DNA of 64,000 bases, taken from assembly GCA_045613765.1 (NCBI GenBank), contig JAZLBO010000018.1:23587-87586 (forward strand), given 5' to 3'. Under the pieces are notes generated by a model that saw nothing but the letters and a program-made list of their open reading frames with translations, was not told where the DNA came from and did not search any database. The stretch is from Clostridia bacterium (lineage in GTDB: Bacteria > Bacillota > Clostridia > Christensenellales > CAG-917). Made by a program: the position numbers and the translations under genes. Numbering within the stretch: position 1 is the stretch's first letter; the number at the start of each line of letters is the position of its first letter. Below are positions 1 to 12,997 of the stretch, one piece after another.

Positions 1-543
1 CAAGAAGTCAAATCCAAGTTCATTGTTGGTGCAATAGCAAATGTCGCAAGCATAGGCCTTTTGCTTTTCGTCATTTCTCATGCCGGGAGCAATGACGCCA
101 ACTGTCAAGCCAAGGAAACGGTGGACTTTGCCCATCCATGCTGCGTCACGAGATGCAAGATAATCGTTGACTGTGACAACGTGCACGCCTTTGCCTGTCA
201 AAGCATTGAGATAACTGGGGAGTGTTGCCACAAGGGTTTTACCTTCGCCAGTGCCCATTTCTGCAATACGTCCTTGATGAAGGGCGATACCACCCATAAT
301 TTGCACAAAGTAGTGGCGCATGCCAAGGACACGCTCACTTGCTTCACGGACAGTTGCAAAAGCCTCAACGAGAATATCGTCAAGAGTTTCGCCCTTTTCA
401 AGACGTGCCTTGAATTCGGCAGTCTTTTGACGGAGTTCGTCATCAGAAAGAGCCTTAAATTGTTGAGAAAGGTCTTCAACCTTTTGTGCCAACTTTCTTA
501 ATTTGCGCACTTTGCGTTCATTTTCATTGAAAATTGATGCCAT
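1..543 (-). CDS. secA: Preprotein translocase subunit SecA, N-terminal part (runs off the window edge)
   Basis: Manual translation from ATG at 543: [22 protein letters not shown]...[35 protein letters not shown]...[14 protein letters not shown]...[12 protein letters not shown], which are the SecA NBD1 motifs. Missing from the ORF track because it has no stop in the window. Confidence 0.97.
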   Translation of the reverse strand, partial: MASIFNENERKVRKLRKLAQKVEDLSQQFKALSDDELRQKTAEFKARLEKGETLDDILVEAFATVREASERVLGMRHYFVQIMGGIALHQGRIAEMGTGEGKTLVATLPSYLNALTGKGVHVVTVNDYLASRDAAWMGKVHRFLGLTVGVIAPGMRNDEKQKAYACDICYCTNNELGFDFL

Positions 544-735
544 TTTTCTCCTTTTTCTTCACGCGCACACCCATTATGCACGGGCGCAAAGCCGTGAATA
601 CTCATATAATAGCACTTTGCAACCATAAATTGCAATGCTGTTTGGTCTTTTTTTGTGATTTTTGACTAATATTTGCCAATGTTTTGCAAATATATATTTG
701 CATTTTGGCATTTATTGATGAAATTTTTATGAAAA

Positions 736-1500
736 TTATTCCATCAAAGGTTTCAGTTTTGTTATGCAAGCAGTGAGCACACTGACTTCTTTGCACTTGG
801 ATTTGAGAAGTGTCTTTGCGCACTCGTTGACAGTTGTGCCTGTTGTGAAAATATCGTCTATAAGCAATATCTTCCTATCTTTCACTTGTGGAAACACCAC
901 TTCAAAGGCTTTTGTCAAGTTTTCTGCTCTTTCCTTGCCTGTCAATTCCTTTTGTACTGCCGTATCCTTTATCTTTGCAAGGGCAGGTAGCACGGGGATA
1001 TTCAACCTTGCACCCACTTCATAAGCAAGAAGTTCGGCTTGGTTGAACCCTCTTTTCTTCTCATCTTTGGCAGTCATAGGCACTGGCACGATAATTTCCC
1101 CTTCCATGCCATATTTCAAGAAGGTGTCTGCCATCATTGCACCTATGGTTTTGACAAGATATTTCTTGCCACCAAATTTCAAAGCGTGGATTGCATCTCT
1201 CGCACTGCCATCATATATCATAGGCGCACGATTAATTTTGAAAACGTAGCCGTTGTTTTGACATCTATCACAATACTCTGCCTCGTTGTCAATTTCAACA
1301 CCACAGTTCAAGCAAATATTCCCCTTTATCAAAGGCAACTTTTCAATGCACTTTGCACAAATATTGTATCTTGTGTCCGTGACGAGATCTTCTCCACACA
1401 AATCACAAGTGATGCCTTCGGGATAAAGAATATCCTTTGCCTTTCTTCCTAAACCTTTGAAGAAAGTTGAGAGTTTGTCGCCAAGATTAGTGTTGTTCAT
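736..1500 (-). CDS. comF: ComF family protein (double zinc ribbon + phosphoribosyltransferase domain)
   Basis: CxxC pairs (CDLC, CAKC, CLNC, CDRC), IIVPVP, RGFNQ, ILLIDDIFTTGTT. Start taken at MNNTNL (1500); overlaps the recD2 stop. Confidence 0.9.
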   Translation of the reverse strand: MNNTNLGDKLSTFFKGLGRKAKDILYPEGITCDLCGEDLVTDTRYNICAKCIEKLPLIKGNICLNCGVEIDNEAEYCDRCQNNGYVFKINRAPMIYDGSARDAIHALKFGGKKYLVKTIGAMMADTFLKYGMEGEIIVPVPMTAKDEKKRGFNQAELLAYEVGARLNIPVLPALAKIKDTAVQKELTGKERAENLTKAFEVVFPQVKDRKILLIDDIFTTGTTVNECAKTLLKSKCKEVSVLTACITKLKPLME

Positions 1501-3715
1501 GGAAGCGTTGTCCCTTGATTTCATCATCAATAAGGTTGATGAGAAGCGAGTATCTTCTTGCAGTCTTGTTGTTTCTTACCATACTGCCGACTGTCGTCTT
1601 ACTGCCTGCGATAACCACCATCTTTTTGGCTCTTGTCACTGCAGTGTATAGAAGATTGCGAGATTGCAACATATAGTTTGCATCAAGTGCGATAACCACA
1701 TTGTCAAACTCACTGCCTTGTGATTTGTGGATGGTGACGGCATAAGCAAGGGAAAGTTGTTCTGCGTCGGCATATTGCAGAATTGCCACTTTATCCCCAT
1801 CAAATCGCACTGTAAACTGCATAAGTTGCATATTAATGCTTTCAATGACACCAATATCACCGTTATACACACCCATGCCACGCTCCACTTTGAAACCTGA
1901 CACTTGTGTCCATTCAAGTTGATAGTTGTTTTGCATTTGCATGACCTTGTCGCCTTCACGGAAAATGAACTCGCCATGTCTAAACTCTTTCTTTTCACGG
2001 CTTGGGGGATTGAGTGATGCTTGCAAATATCTGTTGAGATTGTATATGCCTGCCGACCCACGTTTCATAGGACAAAGGACTTGTATGTCGTCTGGGGCAA
2101 CTTTGAGATAGCCCGGCAGACGCTTTGTCACAAGTTCGATTGTGGTTCTTGCAATTTCTTCTGCGCTGTTTCTTTCCTCAAAGAAGAAATCCTTGCTACG
2201 ATTATCCATAACGGGCATAACCCCATTATTGATCATGTGGGCGTTGGTTATAATATGACTGTCTTCATCTTGACGATAAATTTGTGTAAGATAACTGACA
2301 GGAAATTTTCCTGATGAAATAAGGTCGCCAAGAACGTTGCCTGCGCCAACTGATGCAAGTTGGTCTTTGTCCCCGACGAGTACAAGTCTTGAGCCGTTGT
2401 TGATGGCCTTGACAAGTGCATTGAACACATATTCATCAACCATACTCATTTCGTCAACTATTATAACGTCAACGGGAAGTCTTGTTTGGTCATTGTACGT
2501 AAAGAAACCTTTGCCATCCTTGTAGTCAAGGTCAAGAAGTCTGTGAATTGTCTTTGCTTCTTCCCCTGTGGCTTCACTAAGACGCTTTGCTGCTCTGCCT
2601 GTGGGCGCACAAAGAGTGACTCTTTGACCAAGATTTTTGAAAAGGTGCAATATACATTTGACAATGGTTGTCTTTCCTGTGCCCGGGCCACCTGTGACAA
2701 TTTGGACACCGTTTTCTATTGATGCACGGACTGCATCAATTTGTTTTTCGTGAAGTGTGATGCCTGATTCTTTTTCAAATGCAGACACGACGTCACGGAC
2801 ATCAACTCTAAAGTCATCTGCCTTTGCACTGATGTTGATGAGGCGTCTTGCAATGCTTGACTCTGTTTCAAATTGGTGCTTGAGCATGATGGCAACGTGT
2901 TCGCCAGTGTCATATCTTACAAGGTCGCCAAACAACACAAGATCATCAATGTTATTGCGTATTCTTTGCTCTGGTTCGTCACAATCAAGGTTTAATAGGT
3001 CAAAAACTGATGAAAGAAGTTCGTTTTCGGGCAAATATGTATGTCCACCCTTTGTTCCTGCATCCTTGAGTGTGTAGATGACACCTGCCGTGATACGATA
3101 GTCACTATCCTTGGCAATACCCAATTCTCCTGCGATTCTATCTGCCGTTGCAAAGCCAATTCCATCAATGTCATCAACCAACATATAGGGATTTTTGCGC
3201 ACAAAATCTTCTGTTCTATCTTCATAGACACCGTAGATTTTCAGTGCCATATTTATGCTGATGCCAAGTTCTTGCAAGAAGACTATGGCATCTTGCATGC
3301 GCATTATTTTTGAGTATTCCATGCCAAACTCTGTGGCACGGCGAAGTGAAATTCCACGAACTTTTGAAAGTTCCATGGGGTGTTTCATCATCTCAAGAGA
3401 GTTGACACCAAACCTTTCAACGATTGCCTCTGCAGTGACAGGGCCAAGTCCGTGAATAAGTCCACTGCCAAGGAATTTCTTGATGCCGTCAATTTTGGAA
3501 GGAGCAGACACATAGACGTTGTCGGCAAAGAACTGTCTGCCATAGACGGTCTTGGTTTGAAACTTGCCTTCAACCCTAATATTCTGCCCTTCACTGACGG
3601 GAGGAAAAGTGCCGACAACAGTAAACACACTGTCTTCCACCCTCATATCGAGGACGGTATATCCAGTGTCTTCACTTCTAAATATTACGGTTTTGATTTC
3701 GCCACGAAGTTCCAT
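1487..3715 (-). CDS. recD2: ATP-dependent RecD2-like DNA helicase
   Basis: N-terminal OB/HhH region (GLGPVTAEAIV), Walker A TGGPGTGKTT, IIVDEMSMVD, LAYAVTIHKSQGSEF, RNLLYTAVTRAK. Confidence 0.95.
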   Translation of the reverse strand: MELRGEIKTVIFRSEDTGYTVLDMRVEDSVFTVVGTFPPVSEGQNIRVEGKFQTKTVYGRQFFADNVYVSAPSKIDGIKKFLGSGLIHGLGPVTAEAIVERFGVNSLEMMKHPMELSKVRGISLRRATEFGMEYSKIMRMQDAIVFLQELGISINMALKIYGVYEDRTEDFVRKNPYMLVDDIDGIGFATADRIAGELGIAKDSDYRITAGVIYTLKDAGTKGGHTYLPENELLSSVFDLLNLDCDEPEQRIRNNIDDLVLFGDLVRYDTGEHVAIMLKHQFETESSIARRLINISAKADDFRVDVRDVVSAFEKESGITLHEKQIDAVRASIENGVQIVTGGPGTGKTTIVKCILHLFKNLGQRVTLCAPTGRAAKRLSEATGEEAKTIHRLLDLDYKDGKGFFTYNDQTRLPVDVIIVDEMSMVDEYVFNALVKAINNGSRLVLVGDKDQLASVGAGNVLGDLISSGKFPVSYLTQIYRQDEDSHIITNAHMINNGVMPVMDNRSKDFFFEERNSAEEIARTTIELVTKRLPGYLKVAPDDIQVLCPMKRGSAGIYNLNRYLQASLNPPSREKKEFRHGEFIFREGDKVMQMQNNYQLEWTQVSGFKVERGMGVYNGDIGVIESINMQLMQFTVRFDGDKVAILQYADAEQLSLAYAVTIHKSQGSEFDNVVIALDANYMLQSRNLLYTAVTRAKKMVVIAGSKTTVGSMVRNNKTARRYSLLINLIDDEIKGQRFHEQH

Positions 3716-3778
3716 AACTCAACCTAATATATTGTCTTTTTTGCTCTTTTCCTTGAATTTTGGTTGTCTTTTTATATG

Positions 3779-3807
3779 AAAAAACAAGGTTAAACCCTTG
3801 TTTTTTT
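3779..3807 (-). terminator. Intrinsic terminator after metK
   Basis: AAAAAACAAGG-ttaaac-CCTTGTTTTTT inverted repeat. Confidence 0.65.
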
Positions 3808-3815
3808 CATTTGTT

Positions 3816-4994
3816 TCATATTCTTGAAAGTACGTCTTTGATTTCTTCTACTTTGTCAAGTCTTTCCCAAGGGAAGATGTTTCTTCCAAGGTGTCCATAG
3901 TTGGCACTTGCACGGTAGATGGGTCTGTCAAGACCAAGTTTCTTGATGATTGCTCTTGGACGCAAGTCAAACACTTGGTTGATGATTTCCACTATCTTTT
4001 CGTCTGCCACAACACCTGTTCCGTAACTGTCTGCATAGACTGCAACGGGGTGTGACATGCCGATTGCATAAGCAACTTGCACTTCAAGTCTTCTTGCAAC
4101 ACCTGCTGCAACAAGGTTTTTGCAGATGTATCTTGTCATATAAAGACCACTTCTGTCAACTTTGCTGGGATCTTTGCCACTCAAAGCACCACCACCGTGA
4201 CGGCACATACCACCGTATGTGTCAACGATAATCTTTCTGCCTGTGACACCAGTGTCGCCAACAGGGCCACCGACGACAAATCTGCCTGTGGGGTTGACGT
4301 AGATCTTTGTATCTTCGTCAAAGTACTCGCTGGGGATTGCCACCTTGATGACCTTTTCAATGATTTCCTTTTCAAGATCTGCCATATCAACGTCTTCTGC
4401 GTGTTGTGTTGAAACAACGATTGTGTCAACTCTTTCAGGCACGCCATCAACGTATTCAACAGTCACTTGAGCCTTTCCGTCAGGGCGCAAACAAGTCATT
4501 TCGCCTTGCTTCCTAACTTCGGTAAGACGTTGTGTCAATGCGTGTGCAAGGACGATGGGGAGAGGCATAAATTCCTCTGTTTCGTCTGTTGCATAGCCAA
4601 ACATCATACCTTGGTCGCCTGCACCTTGACGTTCAAATTCATCTTCTTCGCTTTCGCTGTCAGTTGCTGAATTGACACCTTGTGCGATATCGGGAGATTG
4701 CTCGTCGATTGATGAAAGGACTGCACAAGTTTTGTAGTCAAAGCCCAGTGAACTGTCATCATAGCCCACGTCCTTGATGACATCACGCACGATTGCGGGG
4801 ATGTCGGAATAGTGGTTGGTTGACACTTCACCGAGAACCATGACCATGCCTGTTGTGGCACACACTTCTATGGCGACTCTTGCAGAATTGTCTTCTGCAT
4901 AGATGTCGTCAAGAATTGCGTCTGCGATTTGGTCGCATATTTTGTCAGGATGTCCTTCCGTTACACTTTCGGAAGTAAAAAATCTTTTTTCCAT
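3816..4994 (-). CDS. metK: S-adenosylmethionine synthetase
   Basis: [46 protein letters not shown]. Confidence 0.98.
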   Translation of the reverse strand: MEKRFFTSESVTEGHPDKICDQIADAILDDIYAEDNSARVAIEVCATTGMVMVLGEVSTNHYSDIPAIVRDVIKDVGYDDSSLGFDYKTCAVLSSIDEQSPDIAQGVNSATDSESEEDEFERQGAGDQGMMFGYATDETEEFMPLPIVLAHALTQRLTEVRKQGEMTCLRPDGKAQVTVEYVDGVPERVDTIVVSTQHAEDVDMADLEKEIIEKVIKVAIPSEYFDEDTKIYVNPTGRFVVGGPVGDTGVTGRKIIVDTYGGMCRHGGGALSGKDPSKVDRSGLYMTRYICKNLVAAGVARRLEVQVAYAIGMSHPVAVYADSYGTGVVADEKIVEIINQVFDLRPRAIIKKLGLDRPIYRASANYGHLGRNIFPWERLDKVEEIKDVLSRI

Positions 4995-5007
4995 AATGTG
5001 ATTAGAT

Positions 5008-8000
5008 TTAGATTATTTCTGTATCGTTTGTTTCTGTTGCGGGGACTGTGTTGATGTCTTTGTAGATCTTCATACCAGTACCTGCAGGGATCAACTTACC
5101 GATAATGACGTTTTCCTTAAGACCGATAAGGGGGTCGATCTTGTTCTTGATTGCTGCATCTGCAAGAACTCTTGTTGTTTCTTGGAATGATGCTGCTGAC
5201 AAGAAGGATTCTGTTGCAAGAGCTGCCTTTGTGATGCCAAGGAGTGTTCTCTTTGCACTTGCAGGAACGCCACCGTTTTCGATTGCCTTTTCGTTTTCTT
5301 CTTCGTATGTGAAGATGTCAACGAGAGTGCCGGGGAGCATTGTTGTATCGCCTTGTTCTTCAATGCGAACTTTACGGAGCATTTGACGGACGATAACTTC
5401 AATGTGTTTATCGTTGATTTCAACACCACTAAGACGATAGGTTGCTTGAACTTCTTTTGCAAGATATTCTTGGACGCCGTTGACACCCTTTGCTCTGAGC
5501 ATTGCTTGAGGATCGATTGAACCCTTTGTCAAAGGATCGCCTGCATCAATGAGTTCGCCTTGCTTTGCAACGATCTTTGCACCGTAAGGAATATCATAGA
5601 CTCTTTCGTCGTCGCCTGTGACTGTGATCTTACGATTGTCATCACTGATGGTGACTGCACCCTTGTTTTCTGTGATGATTGCTTGTCCCTTAGGCTTACG
5701 TGCTTCGAAAAGTTCTTCAACACGAGGCAAACCTTGAGTGATATCGTCACCAGTTGCAACACCACCGGTGTGGAATGTTCTCATTGTGAGCTGTGTACCA
5801 GGTTCACCGATTGATTGTGCAGCAATGATACCAACTGCTTCGCCCAACTTGACGGGGTTGCCACTTGCCATATTCTTGCCGTAACACTTTGCACAGACAC
5901 CATTTCTTGTCTTACAGGTAAGGACTGAACGGATGTGGACTGAAGGCAACTTGTGGAGATCTTCGCCTTCTGCTCTCCACTTTTCTGTGAGAGCCTTGTC
6001 GATTGCCTTTGCTTGATCTGTTGAGATCATTGTATCTGCTTCTGCAAGGATTTCGCCTGTGATAGGATCAACGATATCAACCATTGCATATCTGCCTGCA
6101 ATACGGTCTGCAAGAGATTCAATGACTGTCTTGCCATCCATGATAGGTGTAACCTTTGAGCCCTTTGTATCGCCACAGTCTTGTTCACGGACGATAACTG
6201 CGTGTGAAACGTCAACAAGACGTCTTGTCAAATAACCTGAGTCAGCAGTCTTAAGAGCTGTATCTGCAAGACCTTTACGGCCACCGTGTGATGAAATGAA
6301 GTATTCGAGAACTGAAAGGCCTTCACGGAAGTTTGCACGGACAGGAAGTTCGATTGTTTCGCCCTTAGGATTTGCCATCAAGCCACGCATACCTGCGAGC
6401 TGACGGATTTGTGACATGTTACCACGAGCACCAGAGTTTGCCATCATCCAGATGGGGTTGAAGTCGTCCAGTGATGCTGAAAGGCCTTGTTCGACTTTCT
6501 TGGTTGCTTCCTTCCATGTGTCGATAACCTTTTGGTATCTTTCTTCTTCTGTGACAACACCACGTGCGTAGTGTCTTCCTATTTTGATGACTTCTTTTTC
6601 TGCTTCTTCTATAATTTGTTTCTTATTCGCGGGCACGTGCATATCAAAGACGCTTGTTGTGATTGCGCCGATGGTTGAATACTTGTAGCCGAGTGCCTTG
6701 ATAAGGTCAAGAGTATTGGCAGTTTCTGTTGCGCCATGATACTTAAAGCAGTTGTCAACGATCATTGAAAGTTGCTTTTTGCCGATAGCGATTGCTTTTT
6801 CGCCAAGGATCTTTTGGATTGCCTTACGGAGCAATGTCTTTTCAAGGACTTCTGCGCCTTCGATTGACACGCCCTTTGCAACTGCTTCTGCGATTGTATC
6901 AATGATTGCTTGTGCGCTTGCATCTTTAAGGTCAGGACGACGGACGATTGCCTTGACTTCGTCAACTGTTGTTGCCTTTGCAAGTGCTTCAAATTGTCTT
7001 TGGTCAATAAGGCAATTTACGCCAAGGATTCCGTTGAGTTCAAGTTCGCCACCAAGGTTTTCGTCATCTCTGTTGATGAAGCGAAGGTCTTGAGGAAGTT
7101 TTGAATTGAAGATGCAACGGCCCACTGTTGTGTGGATCATTCTTGTTGCTTCTGTGCCATCTGCCTTGATGTAAGGTGTACGGATGTAGATGAGTGATTG
7201 AAGTGTAAGATCACCACATTGATATGCCATCATTGCCTCGTCAAATGAGCTGAAGATCTTGCCTTCACCAAGTGCGCCGGGGCGAACGATTGTCAAGTAG
7301 TATGAGCCGAGAACCATATCTTGTGTAGGTGACACGATAGGTTTGCCGTCTGACAACTTCAAAATGTTGTTTGTACAGAGCATCAAAATTCTTGCTTCAA
7401 CTTGTGCTTCAATTGAGAGAGGCACGTGGACAGCCATTTGGTCGCCGTCGAAGTCGGCGTTGAATGCGCTACATGCAAGGGGGTGGAGTTTGATTGCTCT
7501 ACCTTCTACGAGAACGGGCTCGAATGCTTGGATACCAAGTCTGTGAAGCGTAGGAGCACGGTTGAGAAGGACGGGGTGATCTTTGATGATTTCTTCAAGG
7601 ATATCCCAAACTTGATGTTTGCCTGTGTCAACAAATCTCTTTGCACTCTTGATGTTGTGGCAGAGATTTTGTTCCACAAGTTTCTTCATAATGAAGGGCT
7701 TGAAGAGTTCAAGTGCCATTTCCTTAGGAAGACCACATTGATAAAGTTTGAGTTCAGGACCGACGACGATAACTGAACGGCCAGAGTAGTCAACACGCTT
7801 ACCAAGAAGGTTTTGTCTAAAGCGACCTTGCTTACCACGGAGCATACCAGAGAGTGATTTGAGATCTCTGTTGCCGGGGCCACTGACTGCCTTACCACGA
7901 CGGCCGTTGTCAATGAGTGCGTCAACTGCTTCTTGGAGCATACGCTTTTCGTTGCGGACGATAATGTCGGGTGCGCCGATTTCCTTGAGTTTCTTCAAAC

Positions 8001-8814
8001 GGTTGTTTCGGTTGATAACTCTACGATAAAGGTCGTTAAGGTCACTTGTTGCAAAACGGCCACCGTCGAGTTGAACCATAGGACGAAGGTCGGGGGGAAG
8101 AACGGGAAGCACGTCAAGGATCATCCATTCAGGACGGTTGCCACTCAAACGGAATGCTTCCACGATTTCAAGACGTTTGACTGCGCGCAAACGCTTTTGA
8201 CCGACACTTGTTTCAACGATTTCTTTCAATTCCTTGCTGTCTTTTTCAAGGTTGATTTCCATAAGGAGTTCCTTGATGGCTTCTGCGCCCATACCGACAC
8301 GGAGAGTTTTGAAAGTTTCGCTGTCATATTTTTCCATAAGTTCACGATATTCTCTGTCTGAAACAACTTGTTTCTTCTTGAGTTCGGTCACTTGACCTGC
8401 ATCGAGAACGATATGATTTACAAAGTAAAGGACTTGTTCAAGATCCTTGGGTGAGATATCAAGCAAAAGGCTGATACGTGAAGGCACACCACGGAAATAC
8501 CAAATGTGTGAAACGGGTGTTGCAAGTTCAATGTGACCCATTCTTTCACGACGGACTTTGCTCTTTGTAACTTCGACACCACACTTTTCGCAGACGACAC
8601 CTTTATAACGGATTCTCTTATAGCGACCACAGTGACATTCCCAGTCACGTGTAGGTCCAAAGATTTTTTCACAGAAAAGACCGTCTTTTTCGGGTTTTTG
8701 TGTACGGTAGTTTATGGTTTCGGGTTTTGTTACTTCACCGTGTGACCATTCTCTGATCTTCTCGGGTGAAGCAACACCGATTTGTATTGAATCAAAATTG
8801 CTGAGTTCGTACAT
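5008..8814 (-). CDS. rpoC: RNA polymerase beta' subunit
   Basis: NADFDGDQM catalytic motif, zinc-finger CHCGRYK...[20 protein letters not shown]. Confidence 0.99.
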   Translation of the reverse strand: MYELSNFDSIQIGVASPEKIREWSHGEVTKPETINYRTQKPEKDGLFCEKIFGPTRDWECHCGRYKRIRYKGVVCEKCGVEVTKSKVRRERMGHIELATPVSHIWYFRGVPSRISLLLDISPKDLEQVLYFVNHIVLDAGQVTELKKKQVVSDREYRELMEKYDSETFKTLRVGMGAEAIKELLMEINLEKDSKELKEIVETSVGQKRLRAVKRLEIVEAFRLSGNRPEWMILDVLPVLPPDLRPMVQLDGGRFATSDLNDLYRRVINRNNRLKKLKEIGAPDIIVRNEKRMLQEAVDALIDNGRRGKAVSGPGNRDLKSLSGMLRGKQGRFRQNLLGKRVDYSGRSVIVVGPELKLYQCGLPKEMALELFKPFIMKKLVEQNLCHNIKSAKRFVDTGKHQVWDILEEIIKDHPVLLNRAPTLHRLGIQAFEPVLVEGRAIKLHPLACSAFNADFDGDQMAVHVPLSIEAQVEARILMLCTNNILKLSDGKPIVSPTQDMVLGSYYLTIVRPGALGEGKIFSSFDEAMMAYQCGDLTLQSLIYIRTPYIKADGTEATRMIHTTVGRCIFNSKLPQDLRFINRDDENLGGELELNGILGVNCLIDQRQFEALAKATTVDEVKAIVRRPDLKDASAQAIIDTIAEAVAKGVSIEGAEVLEKTLLRKAIQKILGEKAIAIGKKQLSMIVDNCFKYHGATETANTLDLIKALGYKYSTIGAITTSVFDMHVPANKKQIIEEAEKEVIKIGRHYARGVVTEEERYQKVIDTWKEATKKVEQGLSASLDDFNPIWMMANSGARGNMSQIRQLAGMRGLMANPKGETIELPVRANFREGLSVLEYFISSHGGRKGLADTALKTADSGYLTRRLVDVSHAVIVREQDCGDTKGSKVTPIMDGKTVIESLADRIAGRYAMVDIVDPITGEILAEADTMISTDQAKAIDKALTEKWRAEGEDLHKLPSVHIRSVLTCKTRNGVCAKCYGKNMASGNPVKLGEAVGIIAAQSIGEPGTQLTMRTFHTGGVATGDDITQGLPRVEELFEARKPKGQAIITENKGAVTISDDNRKITVTGDDERVYDIPYGAKIVAKQGELIDAGDPLTKGSIDPQAMLRAKGVNGVQEYLAKEVQATYRLSGVEINDKHIEVIVRQMLRKVRIEEQGDTTMLPGTLVDIFTYEEENEKAIENGGVPASAKRTLLGITKAALATESFLSAASFQETTRVLADAAIKNKIDPLIGLKENVIIGKLIPAGTGMKIYKDINTVPATETNDTEII

Positions 8815-8828
8815 AATTTACTTACCTC

Positions 8829-11800
8829 CTATTCCTCGTCGTTTCCACCGAAACCGAAAGGATCGTTTACGTCAACTGTGCCTTCAGTAAGTGACTTGAA
8901 GAAGTCTGCATCATCATCTTGAGCGCTGTCAAAGAGATCAAATGCGCTTTCTTCTGTCTTGAAGTTTTCAAAGATATTTCCGCCGCCGAAGACGTCGATT
9001 TCCTTGAGTTCTTCGTCCTTCTTGATGACGTTTGATTCAAAGTCAAGATCTTCATCTGTTTCACGGATCTTGATTTCATCATGTTCATCTGTGAGCACCT
9101 TAACGTCAAGACCCAATGATTGAAGTTCCTTGACGAGAACCTTAAATGATTCGGGAATGCCGGGTTCTGAAATATTGTTGCCCTTGACGATTGATTCGTA
9201 TGTCTTGACACGACCGATTGTATCGTCTGACTTGACTGTAAGGATTTCTTGGAGCATATTTGCTGCGCCGTATGCTTCCAGTGCCCAAACTTCCATTTCA
9301 CCGAAACGTTGTCCACCAAATTGTGCCTTGCCACCGAGAGGTTGTTGTGTGACCAAACTGTAAGGGCCAGTACTTCTTGCGTGGATCTTGTCGTCAACAA
9401 GGTGATGCAGTTTGAGGTAGTACATAAAGCCGACTGTGACAGGGTTTTCAAAAGGTTCGCCTGTACGTCCATCAAAGAGTTGGATCTTGCCGTCAACTTT
9501 GCCGTTCTTGTTCACAAGACCGTTTTGGCTGAACAATTCCTTGATGTCTGCTTCGTTTGCGCCGTCAAAGACAGGTGTGCTGATCTTAAGACCGAGCATA
9601 TTTGCCACCAAGCCAAGGTGTACTTCGAGGACCTGACCGATATTCATACGTGAAGGAACACCGAGGGGGTTGAGTACGATTTGGATGGGTGTGCCATCTG
9701 CCATGAAAGGCATATCTTCTCTGGGGAGAACACGTGAGATAACACCCTTGTTACCGTGACGTCCTGCCATCTTGTCGCCAACAGAGATCTTTCTCTTTTG
9801 TGCGATATATACACGGACGAGTTTGTTGACACCGGGGCTCAATTCGTCACGATTCTTACGTGTGAAGATCTTGACGTCAACGACGATACCATCTTCGCCG
9901 TTGGGCACACGGAGTGATGTGTCACGGACTTCTCTGACCTTTTCGCCAAAGATAGCACGGAGCAATCTTTCTTCGGGTGTGAGTTCTGTTTCGCCCTTGG
10001 GTGTGACCTTACCAACAAGGATATCCCCTGCTCTAACTTCTGCACCGACTCTGACGATACCATCTTCATCAAGGTTGCGAAGTGCGTCTTCGCCAAGGTT
10101 GGGAATATCACGTGTGATGAGTTCTTCACCAAGTTTTGTATCACGTGCTTCGATTTCGTGTTCTTCGATATGGATTGATGTATAAAGGTCTTCCTTGACG
10201 AGGTCTTCACTGATAAGGACAGCGTCTTCGTAGTTGTAGCCTTCCCAGTTCATAAATGCCACGAGCATATTTCTGCCGAGAGCAAGTTCGCCTTGGTCTG
10301 TTGCAGGGCCGTCTGCAAGGACTGTACCTTCTTGGATCATGATACCCTTTTCGTTGTACTTAGGACCAACAACTTTGTCACCCTTCTTGACGATAGGATG
10401 TTGATTGATGCAAGTTGATTGGTTGCTACGTTCAAACTTGGAGAGTGTATAGACTGTTTCGTTTCCGTCTGTTTCTTCAACGATAATCTTTGTGCTGTCA
10501 ACATACTTGACAAAGCCGTCTGCCTTTGCGATCTTCAAGACACCACTATCGTATGCAATACGGTGTTCAACACCAGTTGCAATCATAGGTGCTTGGGGAC
10601 GGAGAAGGGGCACTGCTTGACGTTGCATGTTTGAACCCATAAGTGCACGGTTGGTATCGTCATTTTCAAGGAAGGGGATCAATGCTGTTGCGATTGAAAC
10701 CAATTGCTTGGGGCTGACGTCCATGTAGTCAACTTCTTCTCTGGGGTATGCGTTGATTTCGTCACGACGACGGCAGTTGACACGTTCATTTGCAAGGCAT
10801 CCGTTTTCATCAAGAGGTTCGTTTGCTTGTGCGACGGTGTAGTTGTCTTCTTCATCTGCTGTCATGTATGTGACGTCATCACTAACCTTGCCTGTTTCCT
10901 TGTCAACTTTGCGATAAGGTGTTTCGATAAAGCCGTATTCGTTGACCTTTGCATAAGCAGAGAGTGATGAGATAAGACCGATATTTTGTCCTTCAGGAGT
11001 TTCGATAGGACAGAGACGGCCATAGTGTGTGTAGTGAACGTCACGTACGTCGAAACTTGCACGTTCTCTGTTCAAACCACCGGGGCCGAGTGCTGAAAGT
11101 TTACGCTTGTGAGTAAGTTCTGCAATGGGGTTGGGTTGGTCCATAAATTGCGAGAGTTGTGATGAACCAAAGAATTCCTTAACAGCACTTGTCACAGGAC
11201 GGATATTTATAAGTGTTTGAGGAGTGATTTCTGCGTTTTCTTGTGAAGATGCCATCTTTTCCTTGATGACTCTTTCAAGACGGCTGATACCAATACGGAA
11301 TTGGTTTTGGAGAAGTTCGCCAACTGCACGGACACGACGGTTGCCAAGGTGGTCAATATCGTCACATGTGCCAAAACCGTGGCGAAGACCAAGGTTGTAG
11401 CTGACTGTTGACACGATATCGTCAAGTGTGATGTGCTTGTAGACGAGTTTATCTACGCTTGCTTTGATTGCAAAGATGAGTTCTTCCTTGTCGGTGAGTT
11501 CATCCATGAGTGCCTTGAGTTCAGGATAGTAAACCTTTTCAAGAATGCCAAGTTCCTTGGGGTCAACGTCGATAAATGCATCAAGGTCAACGGTGTTGTT
11601 GCCGATACACTTGTATGCTCTTTCTGCACCGTTTTCGTCGGTGTATGCAAGGCTTACAACGTTGATACCGCTGTTTTGGATTTGGTTTGCAACTTCAAGA
11701 GAAATTGTTTCACCCTTTTGGACGAGGATTTCACCATCTTCATTGATGACGTCTTCTGCTGCGACGTTGCCTGCAATACGTGTGGCAAGTGCAAGTTTCT

Positions 11801-12650
11801 TGTTGTACTTGTATCTGCCAACTCTGCCGAGTTCGTATTTCTTTGCGTCGAAGAAAAGGTTGTTGATGAGGATGTTTGCACCTTCTGTGGTGGGAACTTC
11901 ACCCGGACGCATACGCTTGAACAAGTCTTGCTTGCCCATGTCAACGCTCTTTGATGTGGGAGCATCTTTGTTGCAAGTGATTGCAATCATTTCATCTCCA
12001 CCAAAGAGATCAATGAGTTCTTCGTCTGTGCCGTAGCCGAGAGCACGCAACAATGTTGTTGTGGTGATCTTACGGTTGCGATCAACGTGTACCCATGAAA
12101 TGTCGTTGGAATCTTGTTCAAATTCAAGCCATGCTCCACGGTTGGGGATAACGGTGGTTGCAAAACGGGGGATACCGTTTTTGTCTGCTTCCTGTGCGTT
12201 ATAGACACCGGGGCTTCTTACAAGTTGGCTGACGATAACACGTTCTGCACCGTTGATGACAAATGAACCTGCTTCGGTCATGAGAGGGAAATCGCCCATG
12301 AACACTTCTTGTTCCACTACTTCGCCTGTTTCGTTGTTTGTCAATCTCGCCTTGACACGAAGGGGAACTGCGTAGGTTGTGTCACGATCCTTACATTCTT
12401 TGACAGAATACTTGGGATTGCCAACCAAACTGTGTGACAGAAATTCCAGTTTCAATCTGCCGGAGAAATCGTTGATGGGTGAGTATTCCTTCAACACATC
12501 TGCGATACCTGCGTCAATGAAGTTTGCATAGGAACTTCTTTGCAACTCGATAAGGTACGGAATGGGAAGAATCTTTTCATCGGGAATACGTGAAAAAGAG
12601 TTTCTTTCTGTCGTGCCGTACATTACTTTGTGAATTCTTTGTTGTGACAT
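8829..12650 (-). CDS. rpoB: RNA polymerase beta subunit
   Basis: [51 protein letters not shown]. Confidence 0.99.
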   Translation of the reverse strand: MSQQRIHKVMYGTTERNSFSRIPDEKILPIPYLIELQRSSYANFIDAGIADVLKEYSPINDFSGRLKLEFLSHSLVGNPKYSVKECKDRDTTYAVPLRVKARLTNNETGEVVEQEVFMGDFPLMTEAGSFVINGAERVIVSQLVRSPGVYNAQEADKNGIPRFATTVIPNRGAWLEFEQDSNDISWVHVDRNRKITTTTLLRALGYGTDEELIDLFGGDEMIAITCNKDAPTSKSVDMGKQDLFKRMRPGEVPTTEGANILINNLFFDAKKYELGRVGRYKYNKKLALATRIAGNVAAEDVINEDGEILVQKGETISLEVANQIQNSGINVVSLAYTDENGAERAYKCIGNNTVDLDAFIDVDPKELGILEKVYYPELKALMDELTDKEELIFAIKASVDKLVYKHITLDDIVSTVSYNLGLRHGFGTCDDIDHLGNRRVRAVGELLQNQFRIGISRLERVIKEKMASSQENAEITPQTLINIRPVTSAVKEFFGSSQLSQFMDQPNPIAELTHKRKLSALGPGGLNRERASFDVRDVHYTHYGRLCPIETPEGQNIGLISSLSAYAKVNEYGFIETPYRKVDKETGKVSDDVTYMTADEEDNYTVAQANEPLDENGCLANERVNCRRRDEINAYPREEVDYMDVSPKQLVSIATALIPFLENDDTNRALMGSNMQRQAVPLLRPQAPMIATGVEHRIAYDSGVLKIAKADGFVKYVDSTKIIVEETDGNETVYTLSKFERSNQSTCINQHPIVKKGDKVVGPKYNEKGIMIQEGTVLADGPATDQGELALGRNMLVAFMNWEGYNYEDAVLISEDLVKEDLYTSIHIEEHEIEARDTKLGEELITRDIPNLGEDALRNLDEDGIVRVGAEVRAGDILVGKVTPKGETELTPEERLLRAIFGEKVREVRDTSLRVPNGEDGIVVDVKIFTRKNRDELSPGVNKLVRVYIAQKRKISVGDKMAGRHGNKGVISRVLPREDMPFMADGTPIQIVLNPLGVPSRMNIGQVLEVHLGLVANMLGLKISTPVFDGANEADIKELFSQNGLVNKNGKVDGKIQLFDGRTGEPFENPVTVGFMYYLKLHHLVDDKIHARSTGPYSLVTQQPLGGKAQFGGQRFGEMEVWALEAYGAANMLQEILTVKSDDTIGRVKTYESIVKGNNISEPGIPESFKVLVKELQSLGLDVKVLTDEHDEIKIRETDEDLDFESNVIKKDEELKEIDVFGGGNIFENFKTEESAFDLFDSAQDDDADFFKSLTEGTVDVNDPFGFGGNDEE

Positions 12651-12836
12651 GCTTCACTCCTTGAATAAAAATTACCATTTTCGATTCCAAAAAATTTTTT
12701 TCTAATTTTGATTTTTTTGGAAAGGTGTTTGTGTTTTTTGTGCGTTTGTGCTATATTGATTGTGTTATTTATATCCCCCTACCCCCAAAATCAAGGTTGC
12801 AAAGGGTATAAAACTCAATAATTGGCACATTTTACT

Positions 12837-12865
12837 ATTTTAGCAGTAATTTTCAAGGTTGTCAA
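12837..12865 (-). promoter_or_regulatory. Putative sigma-A promoter for rpoBC
   Basis: TTGACA-17 nt-TAAAAT on the minus strand, ~190 nt upstream of rpoB. Confidence 0.6.
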
Positions 12866-12997
12866 GTGGGCATAGATAATATTTTATCTATTTTTTAGCA
12901 CTTTTTTTGCCTTATTTTTGGCGTAAAAATTGTGTCAAAATCCGCCAAAAAACAGCCAAAATTTGCCAAAAATTTCACAAAAAAGGACAAGATTTTT

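Noticed and set aside
6787-7032. Intein in rpoC
   Set aside because: No Cys/Ser start with His-Asn end followed by Cys/Ser/Thr, and too short for a splicing domain.
5091-12208. Numerous alternative-frame and antisense ORFs inside rpoB/rpoC and other core genes
   Set aside because: Shadow ORFs from codon bias, with no recognisable motifs or RBS.
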